Sequence record: OL539451.1
Source of the DNA: Escherichia phage vB_EcoD_Opt-719
DNA length: 48,302 bases
Direction: 5' to 3' (one strand)
Under the pieces are notes generated by a model that was not told the DNA's origin, searched no databases, and worked only from the letters and a program-made list of their open reading frames with translations. The translations under genes were made by a program, and so were the position numbers. This document shows, piece by piece, positions 1 to 8,664 of this stretch. Positions within the stretch are counted from its first letter, which is position 1. Every line of letters begins with the position of its first letter.

Positions 1-73
1 TATAGCATCAATATTTGGGGTTATTGTCGGATTTACTATAATTTACAACATCTGGAAGATTAGGAGTTAAGCT

Positions 74-589
74 ATGTCAGAAGAGAAAAAGATTCACCAG
101 AAGATAGGGAACTTCAAGGAGCTCTATAATAAGAAGTATGGCGACATTGCCAATCTGAAAATTAACCACAAGTTCACGCCAGAGCAGGTGTTCGATTTGG
201 CTGTTAAGTACTTCACGTGGGCAGAAGAACAAGCAATCAAAGCAATTGAGACGGCCAGCTTCCAGGGTATCGTAACTGAGAACCTTATTCACAAGCCGCG
301 AGTATTTACGATAACTGGGTTCCAGCTGTTCTGCGGCGTAGGTCATAATGCTATCAGCAAGTGGCGCTCATCGCCTGGGTTCGATGAGGTCATGGAGTTC
401 GTTGACTCGGTCATCTTTGAGCAGAAGTATCAGCTGGGTGTTAACAACATCGTCAACCCCGGACTGATTGGCAAAGACCTTGGCATCGATAAGCCGCAAG
501 AGGTTAACATCAACAATGCTTCTAATGCCGTGGTAAACGATGAGGAAGCAATGAAGGCCGCCCTGACTTCGGTAATGGAAAAACTATGA
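74..589 (+). CDS. putative terminase small subunit
   Basis: 171-aa ORF, AGGAG RBS at 62-66, immediately upstream of the terminase large subunit gene; assignment by position only. Confidence 0.45.
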   Translation: MSEEKKIHQKIGNFKELYNKKYGDIANLKINHKFTPEQVFDLAVKYFTWAEEQAIKAIETASFQGIVTENLIHKPRVFTITGFQLFCGVGHNAISKWRSSPGFDEVMEFVDSVIFEQKYQLGVNNIVNPGLIGKDLGIDKPQEVNINNASNAVVNDEEAMKAALTSVMEKL

Positions 590-690
590 AAATACTAAAA
601 TCTATACTGGCATACTACGTCCTTTCTTGCATGGCATTCACTAGCGGCTTTCTTATTGGTGTAATTATTGGAGCAATAAAAAATCTATGA
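586..690 (+). CDS. hypothetical small hydrophobic peptide (34 aa)
   Basis: ATG 586 overlaps upstream stop (ATGA) and its TGA overlaps ATG 687 (ATGA); MKILKSILAYYVLSCMAFTSGFLIGVIIGAIKNL is TM-like; below ORF-track cutoff. Confidence 0.3.
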   Translation: MKILKSILAYYVLSCMAFTSGFLIGVIIGAIKNL

Positions 691-2255
691 ATACATTAGC
701 ATGGGAGGAGATGACGCCAGCCGAAAAGCTGGCAGTTAAGGCGCTATCCACTCACAGCTTCGAGGCATTCCTTCGCGTATGGTTCCAGTTATCGCAGGGT
801 GAGAGATACATCCCTAACTGGCATCATAAATACCTTTGCCGAATCATTGACGAGGTTATTAGTGGGGAGCGCAGGGATACCATCATTAACGTAGCTCCTG
901 GGGCCGGTAAAACCGAGATTACATCTATTCACTTTCCGGTCTACTCAATGATCAGGCTACCAAAGGTTAGGAACCTTAGCTTGTCATTCTCAGACAGTCT
1001 GGTGAAGCGTAACTCCAAGCGTGTTCGCGACCTAATCAAGTCCCCTGAGTTCCAGGAACTATGGCCTTGCAAGTTTGGCACGTGCAAGGATGATGAAATT
1101 CAGGTTCTTGATGAGAGTGGAAAGGTTAGATTCGAAGCTATATCGAAAGCAATTGGCGGTCAGATTACTGGTGCAAGGGGTGGATACATTACAGATAGCT
1201 ACAGCGGCTGCTTGATGCTGGATGACCCCGACAAACCAGACGACATGCTCAGCAAGGTAAGGCGTGAGGCTGTGCACGTTTTACTCAAGAATACCATCCG
1301 CTCACGTAGGGCTAGTAGCGTTAAAGGTAAAGCTACGCCGATTCTGTCAATTCAGCAAAGGCTTCATACGCAGGATTCAACGTGGTTCATGACTTCTGGC
1401 GGTATGGGTATCGACTTTGATGTAGTGAAGATACCAGCGCTGGTTAATGAAGACTATGTGAACGAGCTTCCTGACTGGATTCGTGAGCAGTTCGAGAAGG
1501 ACGTGCTTTCATCTGAATCAGTTGAGCGTGATGGGGTCAGGTACTATAGCTATTTCCCTCAAAAGGAATCCGTGCATGATTTGATGGCAATGTGGGAATC
1601 AGACCCGTACACATTCCTAAGCCAGTACCAACAATCACCAGTAGCTCTAGGTGGAAACCTGATCAACGTCGATTGGTTCGTAAGACTTGATGAGAATAAC
1701 AGGCCGCCAGTCAAGTATGACTACCGATTCATTACTGCCGATACTGCCATGACTACGAAGAGTTATAGCGACTACTCTGTGTTACAGCTGTGGGGTCGTA
1801 AGGGTAACAAGCTTTACCTTCTGGACATGGTAAGAGGTAAGTGGGAAGCGCCTGAGCTTGAGCAAACTCTTCTGGACTTTGAGAGTAAGCACAGAGCCAC
1901 CAGTAAAGCGGACGGTATCTTACGCAAGGTTATTATCGAGAAAAAGGCATCTGGTATCGGTCTTATCCAGTCAGCGGGTCGGACGATGCGAACTCCTATC
2001 GAGCCTTTCGTTCCTGATACAGATAAGTTGACCAGGGTGATGAGCGCATTGCCACAAATTAAGGCGGGTAACGTAATTCTGCCAGACTCTGCTCCATGGC
2101 TTACATCTTTGCTAACTGAGTTCTCAGCATTCACTGCTGATGATTCTCATCCCCATGATGACATTGTGGATACCACAACGATGGCTATCAACTGTGAACT
2201 AAACTTAGCGGACGATCCAAGGGCTAGGTTGATGAGGTTAGCAGGTGTTAGATAG
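687..2255 (+). CDS. terL: terminase large subunit
   Basis: 522 aa; P-loop-like VAPGAGKTE near N-terminus, acidic nuclease-like C-terminal half; sits between terS-like and portal genes. Confidence 0.8.
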   Translation: MNTLAWEEMTPAEKLAVKALSTHSFEAFLRVWFQLSQGERYIPNWHHKYLCRIIDEVISGERRDTIINVAPGAGKTEITSIHFPVYSMIRLPKVRNLSLSFSDSLVKRNSKRVRDLIKSPEFQELWPCKFGTCKDDEIQVLDESGKVRFEAISKAIGGQITGARGGYITDSYSGCLMLDDPDKPDDMLSKVRREAVHVLLKNTIRSRRASSVKGKATPILSIQQRLHTQDSTWFMTSGGMGIDFDVVKIPALVNEDYVNELPDWIREQFEKDVLSSESVERDGVRYYSYFPQKESVHDLMAMWESDPYTFLSQYQQSPVALGGNLINVDWFVRLDENNRPPVKYDYRFITADTAMTTKSYSDYSVLQLWGRKGNKLYLLDMVRGKWEAPELEQTLLDFESKHRATSKADGILRKVIIEKKASGIGLIQSAGRTMRTPIEPFVPDTDKLTRVMSALPQIKAGNVILPDSAPWLTSLLTEFSAFTADDSHPHDDIVDTTTMAINCELNLADDPRARLMRLAGVR

Positions 2256-2269
2256 CACGAATTGCTAAA
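2252..2269 (+). promoter_or_regulatory. promoter-cassette motif copy (ATAGCACGAATTGCTAAA)
   Basis: inverted repeat TAGCA-N5-TGCTA; contains terL TAG stop; followed by GGATGG, TATAAT, A-rich leader and GAGAGGAG RBS before ATG 2325. Confidence 0.5.
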
Positions 2270-2324
2270 GACAATAGCCACGGATGGCATATAATTAACT
2301 CACTTAAACGAGAGGAGATAGTAA

Positions 2325-2681
2325 ATGTTTAAAGCTAAATTTGTAAATTACAAAACACCAGCATCTGGTTATATTGGTATTTTCACTCCTGGTAGGGAGT
2401 ACAAACTAGATGTCATTGAGAATGACAGATATTATAGAACATACGATGATTACGGCGTAGAGGTTAAGTTCAATTCACTTTTTTTAGATAATTATGTTTT
2501 TGAGCGAGTTTCAGATTCCGAGCTGTTTGACATGATTGAGGAGCCAGCAAGCCTAAAGTATTATATCAATGGCAACTTGGTGCAAAAAAGCTACTTCTAC
2601 GAGTTAATTGGCGAGCTAAATGAGGCTGATAGACTTGGCGCCAAAGTGTCTTCAGTCAAATTTGAAATCAAGTTCGAGTAA
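2325..2681 (+). CDS. hypothetical protein (118 aa), moron-like
   Basis: own promoter cassette upstream and rho-independent terminator downstream; inserted between terL and portal. Confidence 0.5.
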   Translation: MFKAKFVNYKTPASGYIGIFTPGREYKLDVIENDRYYRTYDDYGVEVKFNSLFLDNYVFERVSDSELFDMIEEPASLKYYINGNLVQKSYFYELIGELNEADRLGAKVSSVKFEIKFE

Positions 2682-2701
2682 TCAAAACTCTGTGATACAC
2701 T

Positions 2702-2725
2702 AGCCCCTACTCAGGGGCTTTTTTA
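2702..2725 (+). terminator. rho-independent terminator
   Basis: hairpin AGCCCC-loop-GGGGCT followed by TTTTTT. Confidence 0.7.
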
Positions 2726-2738
2726 TTGGAGAAATTAC

Positions 2739-4007
2739 ATGGTAAAAGCAGACAGCTACGCAAACATCTTTCTTAACGGGAGTGATGGTAGCGAGATTTA
2801 CGGAAGGTTTGGCGGCCTTGGCTTAACAGCTCCAGCGCAGCTTGAGCAGCTTTACGTCAGTAGCGCACTGGTTCGTCGAATTATTGATATCGTGCCAGAG
2901 GTTGCACTTGGCGCTGGCTTTAACATTGAGGGTATCGACGATGAAGGTGCTTTCTGGTCGCGCTGGGATGATTTAGACCTTTCAGATAGTGTAATCGACG
3001 CACTGGCGTGGGCAAGATTATACGGTGGAGCTGCTGTAGTGGCAATTGTCAAGGATGGCAGGGCGCTAACTAGCCAGGTTAGGGAGGGAGCTGAACTTGA
3101 AACTATCCGCGTCTACGACCGACAGCAAATTAAGGTTCAGACTCGAGAGGAGAATCCACGTAACGCGCGATTTGGAAAGCCAGTTACCTATCGCATTACG
3201 CCAAATGGTTCGGCCACATTCTACGACGTGCATTACACTCGCTGCCACATCATCGATGGCGAAAGGGTTCCGAACAACCTACGCCGCAACAACGATGGTT
3301 GGGGCGCAAGCGTGCTAACTGGTGACTTAATCGACGCGATTGACGACTATCAGAACTGTGAGAGACTGGCTACTCAGTTACTTCGTCGAAAGCAACAGGC
3401 TGTGTGGAAAGCGAAAGGTTTGGCTGATTTATGCGATGATTCTGATGGATTTGGTGCAGCTCGCTTACGCCTGGCGCAGGTTGATAATAACAGCGGCGTT
3501 GGTCAGGCTATTGGTATTGATGCAGAGAGTGAAGAATATGACGTTCTTAACTCTGACATTGGTGGTATTGATGCATTCTTGAGCCAGAAGTTCGACAGAA
3601 TCGTTGCCCTGAGCGGCATCCATGAAATCATTCTCAAGGCCAAGAATACTGGAGGTGTATCAGCTAGCCAAAACACAGCCCTTGAGACTTTCTATGGTTA
3701 TGTTGACCGCAAGCGCAAGTCAGACCTGCTTCCTTTACTTGGTTTCCTGATTCAATTTATTGTCACTCAGGACGAATGGTCAGTTGAATTTAATCCACTA
3801 TCTCAAGTTAGCGATAAAGATAAATCTGAGATTCTAGAGAAGAACGTTAACTCAGTTTCAGCTCTTGTTGCTGGTGGCGTGATGAATACTGATGAAGCCC
3901 GTGATACACTACGAGCTATTGCGCCAGAGGTTAAGCTGCAAGATGGTGATATTGAGCAAACCGCTCAGGGGAAAACAGTCGAGGAGGTAGTGATTAATGA
4001 AGAGTAA
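2739..4007 (+). CDS. putative portal protein
   Basis: 422-aa ORF directly after terminase region, acidic C-terminus; portal call by position and size, family not verified. Confidence 0.55.
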   Translation: MVKADSYANIFLNGSDGSEIYGRFGGLGLTAPAQLEQLYVSSALVRRIIDIVPEVALGAGFNIEGIDDEGAFWSRWDDLDLSDSVIDALAWARLYGGAAVVAIVKDGRALTSQVREGAELETIRVYDRQQIKVQTREENPRNARFGKPVTYRITPNGSATFYDVHYTRCHIIDGERVPNNLRRNNDGWGASVLTGDLIDAIDDYQNCERLATQLLRRKQQAVWKAKGLADLCDDSDGFGAARLRLAQVDNNSGVGQAIGIDAESEEYDVLNSDIGGIDAFLSQKFDRIVALSGIHEIILKAKNTGGVSASQNTALETFYGYVDRKRKSDLLPLLGFLIQFIVTQDEWSVEFNPLSQVSDKDKSEILEKNVNSVSALVAGGVMNTDEARDTLRAIAPEVKLQDGDIEQTAQGKTVEEVVINEE

Positions 4008-5106
4008 AATGCGTTATGACAGCGCTAAAGTAAAAGCCCGTTTCGATGAGAACGGGTTTCTAGTGGACACTCCAGTGGTTGCTCGTGTTGGTGTTCAAAC
4101 ATACTACATGCCAGATGGCTCAGAGCGCCGAGAGTTCCGACCAGCATCAGAGGTGTTTAAATCCGATTCCCTGCAAAGCTATCAGGGCAAGCCGCTTACG
4201 CTTGGTCATGTAGTTGTTAATTCAGATAACGCCAAGGATGTTGTAGTTGGAGCAGTATCTGGTGCAGCTATGCGTCAGGATTCTACAGTTGTCGTTCCTC
4301 TAACAGTTTACGATAAGCAGGCAATAGAAAAGGCTAAGTCTGGCGTTGCTGGTGAGCTATCGGTTGGCTATAACACTGTTGATATTGAGTCTCCTGGCTG
4401 GGGTAGTAACGAAACGGGTGAGTATAAGCTTGATGGAGAGTACGCAAGCCAGGATGATATCCCTGCTGATTGGGTACGCTTTGATGCCCTGCAAACAAAC
4501 ATCGTTGTGAACCACATTGCTCTGGTATATAAAGGCCGCGCGCAAGTAGCTAAACTGAATCTGGACGCGGAACAGGAAAACCCGTATACTGATACCGTTC
4601 AATCAAATAAAGAGGATAAATTGATGATTAAGATTAAACTGGATGGCGAGCAGGAGTTCGAAATCGCCCCGGAAGTTGCTAAGCACATCGAAGCTGTTAA
4701 AGCTGATGCAGAACAGGCAAAAGCAAAAGCTGACACCCTTGAAGCTGAGCGTGACGCACTGAAAGCTAAAGTTGATGGCATTCCTGCTGAAATTGAATCT
4801 GCCGTAGCGAAAGCTAAAGCTGATGCTGACGAACTGGCCGCTCTGGTTGCTACCGCTGCAGAAGCTGGCGTTAAAGCTGATGGTATGGATGCTAAAGCAA
4901 TCAAAGTTGCTTACGTTAAAGAAGTATCCGGCCTTGACGTTGCAGAGAAATCTGACGCATACATCGATGCGGCCTTTGATATCGCTAAAGATAGTGATAA
5001 AATGGCTGAAGTCCGCAAAGCAGTTGTTGCTGCGGATAAATCTGACGCTGCCGACGCGCCTAAGAAATTAGACCCGCGCGCTCGCCTCGCTAAATTGAAA
5101 AAATAA
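3997..5106 (+). CDS. putative head maturation protease/scaffolding protein
   Basis: 369 aa; globular N-terminal domain then long Ala/Lys/Glu/Asp-rich coiled-coil-like C-terminus; GAGGAGG RBS; between portal and capsid genes. Confidence 0.45.
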   Translation: MKSKMRYDSAKVKARFDENGFLVDTPVVARVGVQTYYMPDGSERREFRPASEVFKSDSLQSYQGKPLTLGHVVVNSDNAKDVVVGAVSGAAMRQDSTVVVPLTVYDKQAIEKAKSGVAGELSVGYNTVDIESPGWGSNETGEYKLDGEYASQDDIPADWVRFDALQTNIVVNHIALVYKGRAQVAKLNLDAEQENPYTDTVQSNKEDKLMIKIKLDGEQEFEIAPEVAKHIEAVKADAEQAKAKADTLEAERDALKAKVDGIPAEIESAVAKAKADADELAALVATAAEAGVKADGMDAKAIKVAYVKEVSGLDVAEKSDAYIDAAFDIAKDSDKMAEVRKAVVAADKSDAADAPKKLDPRARLAKLKK

Positions 5107-5117
5107 GGAGTCTTAAT

Positions 5118-5588
5118 ATGGCAATTCGTCGTCAAGCTACTGCTGGTATGGTTGCAGATACCTCTCTGTACAATATCGATGGTGCCTGTGTAATGTCTAC
5201 CGGCGTAGTCCAGGGTGTCGGTTATGCTGTTGGTGTCGGTTCTGTTGATGCTGATGGTCACAAAGTTCTGATTTCCGCTGTTGCTGATAACGTATACGGC
5301 GTCCTGGTGAAGTCACACTACGAAAGCCCGCGTGGTTCTTACGGTGGTGTTGTTGGTAACATTGATAACTTCCAGGTCGCAAACGTAATGACTCACGGTC
5401 GCATCTGGATGGTTACCGGCCTTCCTTCTGCTCCTGCATTTGGTAGTGCTGTTACCATTGATACTAATGGTTCCGCAACAAGCGGCGGCGCAGTCACTAC
5501 CAACTGGACCTTCGCCGGTGGTTTCCAGGCAGCTGACACTGTGTCTGGCGAACCAGCACTGGTTGAAGTTCAGGTTATTCAGAAATAA
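5118..5588 (+). CDS. putative head decoration or minor capsid protein
   Basis: 156 aa Gly/Val/Ala-rich; AAGGAG RBS; strong terminator downstream; function by position only. Confidence 0.35.
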   Translation: MAIRRQATAGMVADTSLYNIDGACVMSTGVVQGVGYAVGVGSVDADGHKVLISAVADNVYGVLVKSHYESPRGSYGGVVGNIDNFQVANVMTHGRIWMVTGLPSAPAFGSAVTIDTNGSATSGGAVTTNWTFAGGFQAADTVSGEPALVEVQVIQK

Positions 5589-5604
5589 TTAGCAAAGCTA
5601 AACT

Positions 5605-5628
5605 AAACCTCCTCCGGGAGGTTTTTTT
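5605..5628 (+). terminator. rho-independent terminator
   Basis: hairpin AAACCTCC-TCCG-GGAGGTTT followed by T-run. Confidence 0.75.
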
Positions 5629-5640
5629 ATGCCTGTAAAC

Positions 5641-5649
5641 TGGTACAAT
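5641..5649 (+). promoter_or_regulatory. extended -10 promoter element TGgTACAAT
   Basis: TGnTACAAT right after terminator and ~25 bp before RBS of the SGNH gene; identical element recurs at 48196-48204. Confidence 0.4.
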
Positions 5650-5678
5650 TAGTTTCACTTTAAATCGGAGGAATGAAA

Positions 5679-6965
5679 ATGGCTAGCTTCTTGGAATTGG
5701 TAAGAGATAACATTGATAAGGGTTTAGCGACAATGCAGCCCGTTCAGTTATCAACTGAGTTTACTGCAATTAAAGAGATTAGGGTAGCAACATCAATCAC
5801 CACGCCACAAACAATATCAAGGAGTGATGAAACAAAGCTAATGTATACAACTTACGGGCTTGCTAACGTAGCTGGTGGTTCATACACAGGACAATCGCCA
5901 AACGGAGTCCAGATGAAGGTTGAGTTTATGACTGACTCAACTTTGTTCGAAATCAAAACCATCGGCTCAATCGGCACTTACTCAATTTTTATTGACGGCA
6001 AACTGGTAAATGCTGATGCATTCGCTACGCCAAATGGAGAGGCGGTGAGCTGGATGCAAGTTAAAGCTAATGACGGAGTTATCAGCGGGAAACTTCGACA
6101 CGTTGAAATCTACGGCATCAACTCAGCATTCGGAGCCTTCGTGTTTGGTGCTGGCGACACGGTTAGTCGTGAAATCTCAATCAAGCGCCCGCTTATTTAT
6201 CAGATGGGTGATAGTTATACTTATGGAACTGGTGCTGGATTCAGGACTCAAGCTTACGGCTCATCTCCTGCCGTAAATGACTTCTATGCATTCACCAGGT
6301 CTCTTGGTTTTGATGGTATTGCTGAAGGAATTGGTGGATCAGGATGGAACTCAGCTGCCGGTCAGTATCCAATGTCTCGCGTGCAAACAAGGCTTGCAAA
6401 GCTAAATCGCAAGCCGTCAGTTATCTCCTGGGCGCTTGGATATAATGATGCCGCTGCCATCCTGACTGGAACAAATAGCCAAAAGCTACTAGTTTCGATG
6501 GGTGAGTGTCTCGCTGAGACTAGGAAGGTTTATAGTGACGTTCCAATCATCCAGATTAGCAGCGCAACGCCGAAGGGAATTACCACTGGAATTCAGAAGG
6601 TAATTGATTTGGTTAATGGTTTTTGTTCTGATAACGACATTCCAGTAATTAACATAAGTAGCTATGTTACTAATGCTAACTCGGCAATTTATACAGGAAC
6701 AGACAACGTTCACCCGGGAACTCTTGGCCATGAGTTTAGGGGAATGGCAATGGCTCGCGAGGTTCTGCTTGCAGCCTCGGGTCAGAAATCACTAACAGTC
6801 CCAGTTACGCCGCGTGCATTTAACGTGGTAGCAAGGCTGACTAAAAGTTTTGGAGTTACAATCTTCTCTGGTGTAGTAAATGCTATTGATGAGAATGATG
6901 TTGCCGGACAGCTATACTTGCAGACTGGTGCTCGAGTGGAAATTCTCTCAGTATCTCGCGCCTAA
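5679..6965 (+). CDS. SGNH/GDSL-family hydrolase domain protein
   Basis: ordered GDSL blocks in C-terminal half: GDSYTYG, GYND, DNVHPGTLGH; ~170-aa non-catalytic N-domain; start set to ATG 5679 (GGAGGA RBS spacing); track start 5673. Confidence 0.65.
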   Translation: MASFLELVRDNIDKGLATMQPVQLSTEFTAIKEIRVATSITTPQTISRSDETKLMYTTYGLANVAGGSYTGQSPNGVQMKVEFMTDSTLFEIKTIGSIGTYSIFIDGKLVNADAFATPNGEAVSWMQVKANDGVISGKLRHVEIYGINSAFGAFVFGAGDTVSREISIKRPLIYQMGDSYTYGTGAGFRTQAYGSSPAVNDFYAFTRSLGFDGIAEGIGGSGWNSAAGQYPMSRVQTRLAKLNRKPSVISWALGYNDAAAILTGTNSQKLLVSMGECLAETRKVYSDVPIIQISSATPKGITTGIQKVIDLVNGFCSDNDIPVINISSYVTNANSAIYTGTDNVHPGTLGHEFRGMAMAREVLLAASGQKSLTVPVTPRAFNVVARLTKSFGVTIFSGVVNAIDENDVAGQLYLQTGARVEILSVSRA

Positions 6966-6969
6966 TATC

Positions 6970-6992
6970 AAACCTCCTTCGGGAGGTTTTTT
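6970..6992 (+). terminator. rho-independent terminator
   Basis: hairpin AACCTCC-TTCG-GGAGGTT followed by TTTTTT. Confidence 0.75.
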
Positions 6993-7046
6993 ATTGCTCT
7001 TTTTCTGTTAGACTGTCAATGATTATTAACCAATCAGGAGATAAAG

Positions 7047-7577
7047 ATGGCTTACACAGAAATTGCTATGGCGGTAGGGAATTCACCTGAAATCTTAGCC
7101 AGGAACGTAAAAATGATGATGTCATCTGGATTTCAGCCATATGGTGACGTCCAGATGCTAAGCGGCACTCTCTTTGGCATGAAAATGGCCAAGGGAACAG
7201 CAAACAACGTTGAAGACTTTATGGTGACATCCGACACCACAGTTCAGGGATTGATTAACAGGGTTAACCGATATCTTTTGCAGGGCTGGAAAAGGTTTGG
7301 CAATGCTCACTTTGAGGATGGAGCATATCTTTCAGCACTTGCGAAAGGTGATTTTGTAAGTGATGAAGACGGAGGCTCAGGTGAAGCAGGCCCACAAGGT
7401 CCGATTGGTCCACAGGGTCCAGCAGGTCCCGCAGGCGCAGCTGGTCCGCAAGGTCCTCAAGGTCCAACTGGTGCAACTGGCCCAGCGGGTGCGGCAGGTG
7501 CTAAAGGTGACACTGGCCCACAAGGTCCGGCAGGTCCGCAAGGTCCTCAAGGTGAAACTGGCGAGGCTGGTCCATAG
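7047..7577 (+). CDS. collagen-like repeat protein, upstream segment ending at in-frame amber
   Basis: ~110-aa N-domain then ~22 uninterrupted Gly-X-Y triplets (GPQGP...); ends at TAG 7575-7577 inside the repeat. Confidence 0.6.
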   Translation: MAYTEIAMAVGNSPEILARNVKMMMSSGFQPYGDVQMLSGTLFGMKMAKGTANNVEDFMVTSDTTVQGLINRVNRYLLQGWKRFGNAHFEDGAYLSALAKGDFVSDEDGGSGEAGPQGPIGPQGPAGPAGAAGPQGPQGPTGATGPAGAAGAKGDTGPQGPAGPQGPQGETGEAGP

Positions 7578-8558
7578 GGTCCTATCGGCCCAACGGGCGC
7601 CACAGGTCCGGCTGGCCCAAAAGGTGATAAAGGTGATGCAGGCCCAGTTGGCCCGGCAGGATTAACTTTCCGCGGGATGTACGACGCAGCTACTGCTTAC
7701 GTTAAAGATGATGTGGTTACATTCAATAACTCTAGCTGGTTTGCTACCGCCGCTGTGACCGGAGAGAATCCAGATGTTAGCGATTCCTGGGAGTTGCTGG
7801 CCGCGCAGGGCGCTCCAGGTCCGCAAGGCGCAACTGGTCCAGCAGGCCCAACTGGCCCGGCAGGCCCTGCAGGTATTCAGGGACCTCAGGGAGAGAGAGG
7901 GCTTCATGGTGAGCAAGGTCCGTCAGGCCCGCAAGGCTTGCAAGGTGCAGCTGGTCCAGTTGGACCTCAAGGCCCAGCAGGTCCTCAGGGTGAGCGAGGA
8001 ATACAGGGTCCGGTTGGCCCTCAAGGATTGCAGGGTGTAAAAGGTGATCCAGGCGTTAATTCTACATATACACTACCTTTAAAAAACTACCTTGTAATAG
8101 CCCTTAATGAAGAGGAGGGGGCGAGGCAGACATTCAGGGTGCCAGAAGACAGTTCGGGAGCTGAAATAGCTTTTGTGGTCAGAAATAAAGATTCTTCAAA
8201 CACTTCACCATCTGGAGTTTATGAGCTGGGATGTGGAGTGACTGGTACGGCTTCAATGCACTTTTCAGGTTGGATTATTAGTAACCTTAACCAACCAGAT
8301 AAAATAAGATCAGCCTCTATGCTAATTGCTTCCATGACTAATAGTCAGCGATACTTTACGCAGTTAGCAATAGGAACAAGGGGTGATCTTTTTAAAGGTT
8401 GCTTAACCAATCAGGAAACTGGTGAGCTATGGTACATTGAGGCTTTTGGTACCAAGCCAAGAGGGGCAGGGCAAACCGACTTAGGTAGACTCTCAGTTAA
8501 GATTGAGAAAAGAGTTGATACAGTAGTTGGAAGCTTAACAAAATTCCCAAGAGTTTAA
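7578..8558 (+). CDS. collagen-like repeat protein, downstream segment in same frame (possible readthrough product or pseudogene remnant)
   Basis: frame open immediately after the TAG; Gly-X-Y phase continues for 10 triplets, second collagen run, then ~200-aa C-terminal globular domain; first ATG at 7677. Confidence 0.5.
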   Translation, partial: GPIGPTGATGPAGPKGDKGDAGPVGPAGLTFRGMYDAATAYVKDDVVTFNNSSWFATAAVTGENPDVSDSWELLAAQGAPGPQGATGPAGPTGPAGPAGIQGPQGERGLHGEQGPSGPQGLQGAAGPVGPQGPAGPQGERGIQGPVGPQGLQGVKGDPGVNSTYTLPLKNYLVIALNEEEGARQTFRVPEDSSGAEIAFVVRNKDSSNTSPSGVYELGCGVTGTASMHFSGWIISNLNQPDKIRSASMLIASMTNSQRYFTQLAIGTRGDLFKGCLTNQETGELWYIEAFGTKPRGAGQTDLGRLSVKIEKRVDTVVGSLTKFPRV

Positions 8559-8598
8559 GCTTTGCTCAAGGATGAGCACCCATGCATTGATATAGCTA

Positions 8599-8626
8599 TT
8601 GTCCCAATCGAAATCTCGTGTATAAT
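8599..8626 (+). promoter_or_regulatory. sigma70-like promoter (-35 TTGTCC, -10 TATAAT)
   Basis: perfect TATAAT at 8621-8626 preceded by TG, 16-bp spacer to TTGTCC; ~40 bp upstream of capsid gene start. Confidence 0.45.
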
Positions 8627-8664
8627 TGACACGTAAACTCATAAACAAAAGGATGCATCTTAAT

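Noticed and set aside
1059-2134. Minus-strand ORFs inside terL (1059..1277, 1814..2134)
   Set aside because: Embedded antisense to terL, no start context, typical spurious ORFs.
4357-5382. Overlapping ORFs across the scaffold and decoration genes (4357..4602, 4599..4904, 4823..5071, 4911..5261, 5197..5382)
   Set aside because: Generated by the Ala/Lys-rich repetitive coding sequence; translations are low-complexity and conflict with the plus-strand genes.
7264-8040. Alternative-frame ORFs overlapping the collagen-like genes (7264..7476 minus, 7360..7665 plus, 7662..7916 minus, 7774..8040 plus)
   Set aside because: They arise from the GC-rich Gly-X-Y repeat DNA being open in several frames; translations are low-complexity (QVRKVLKV-type) with no RBS.
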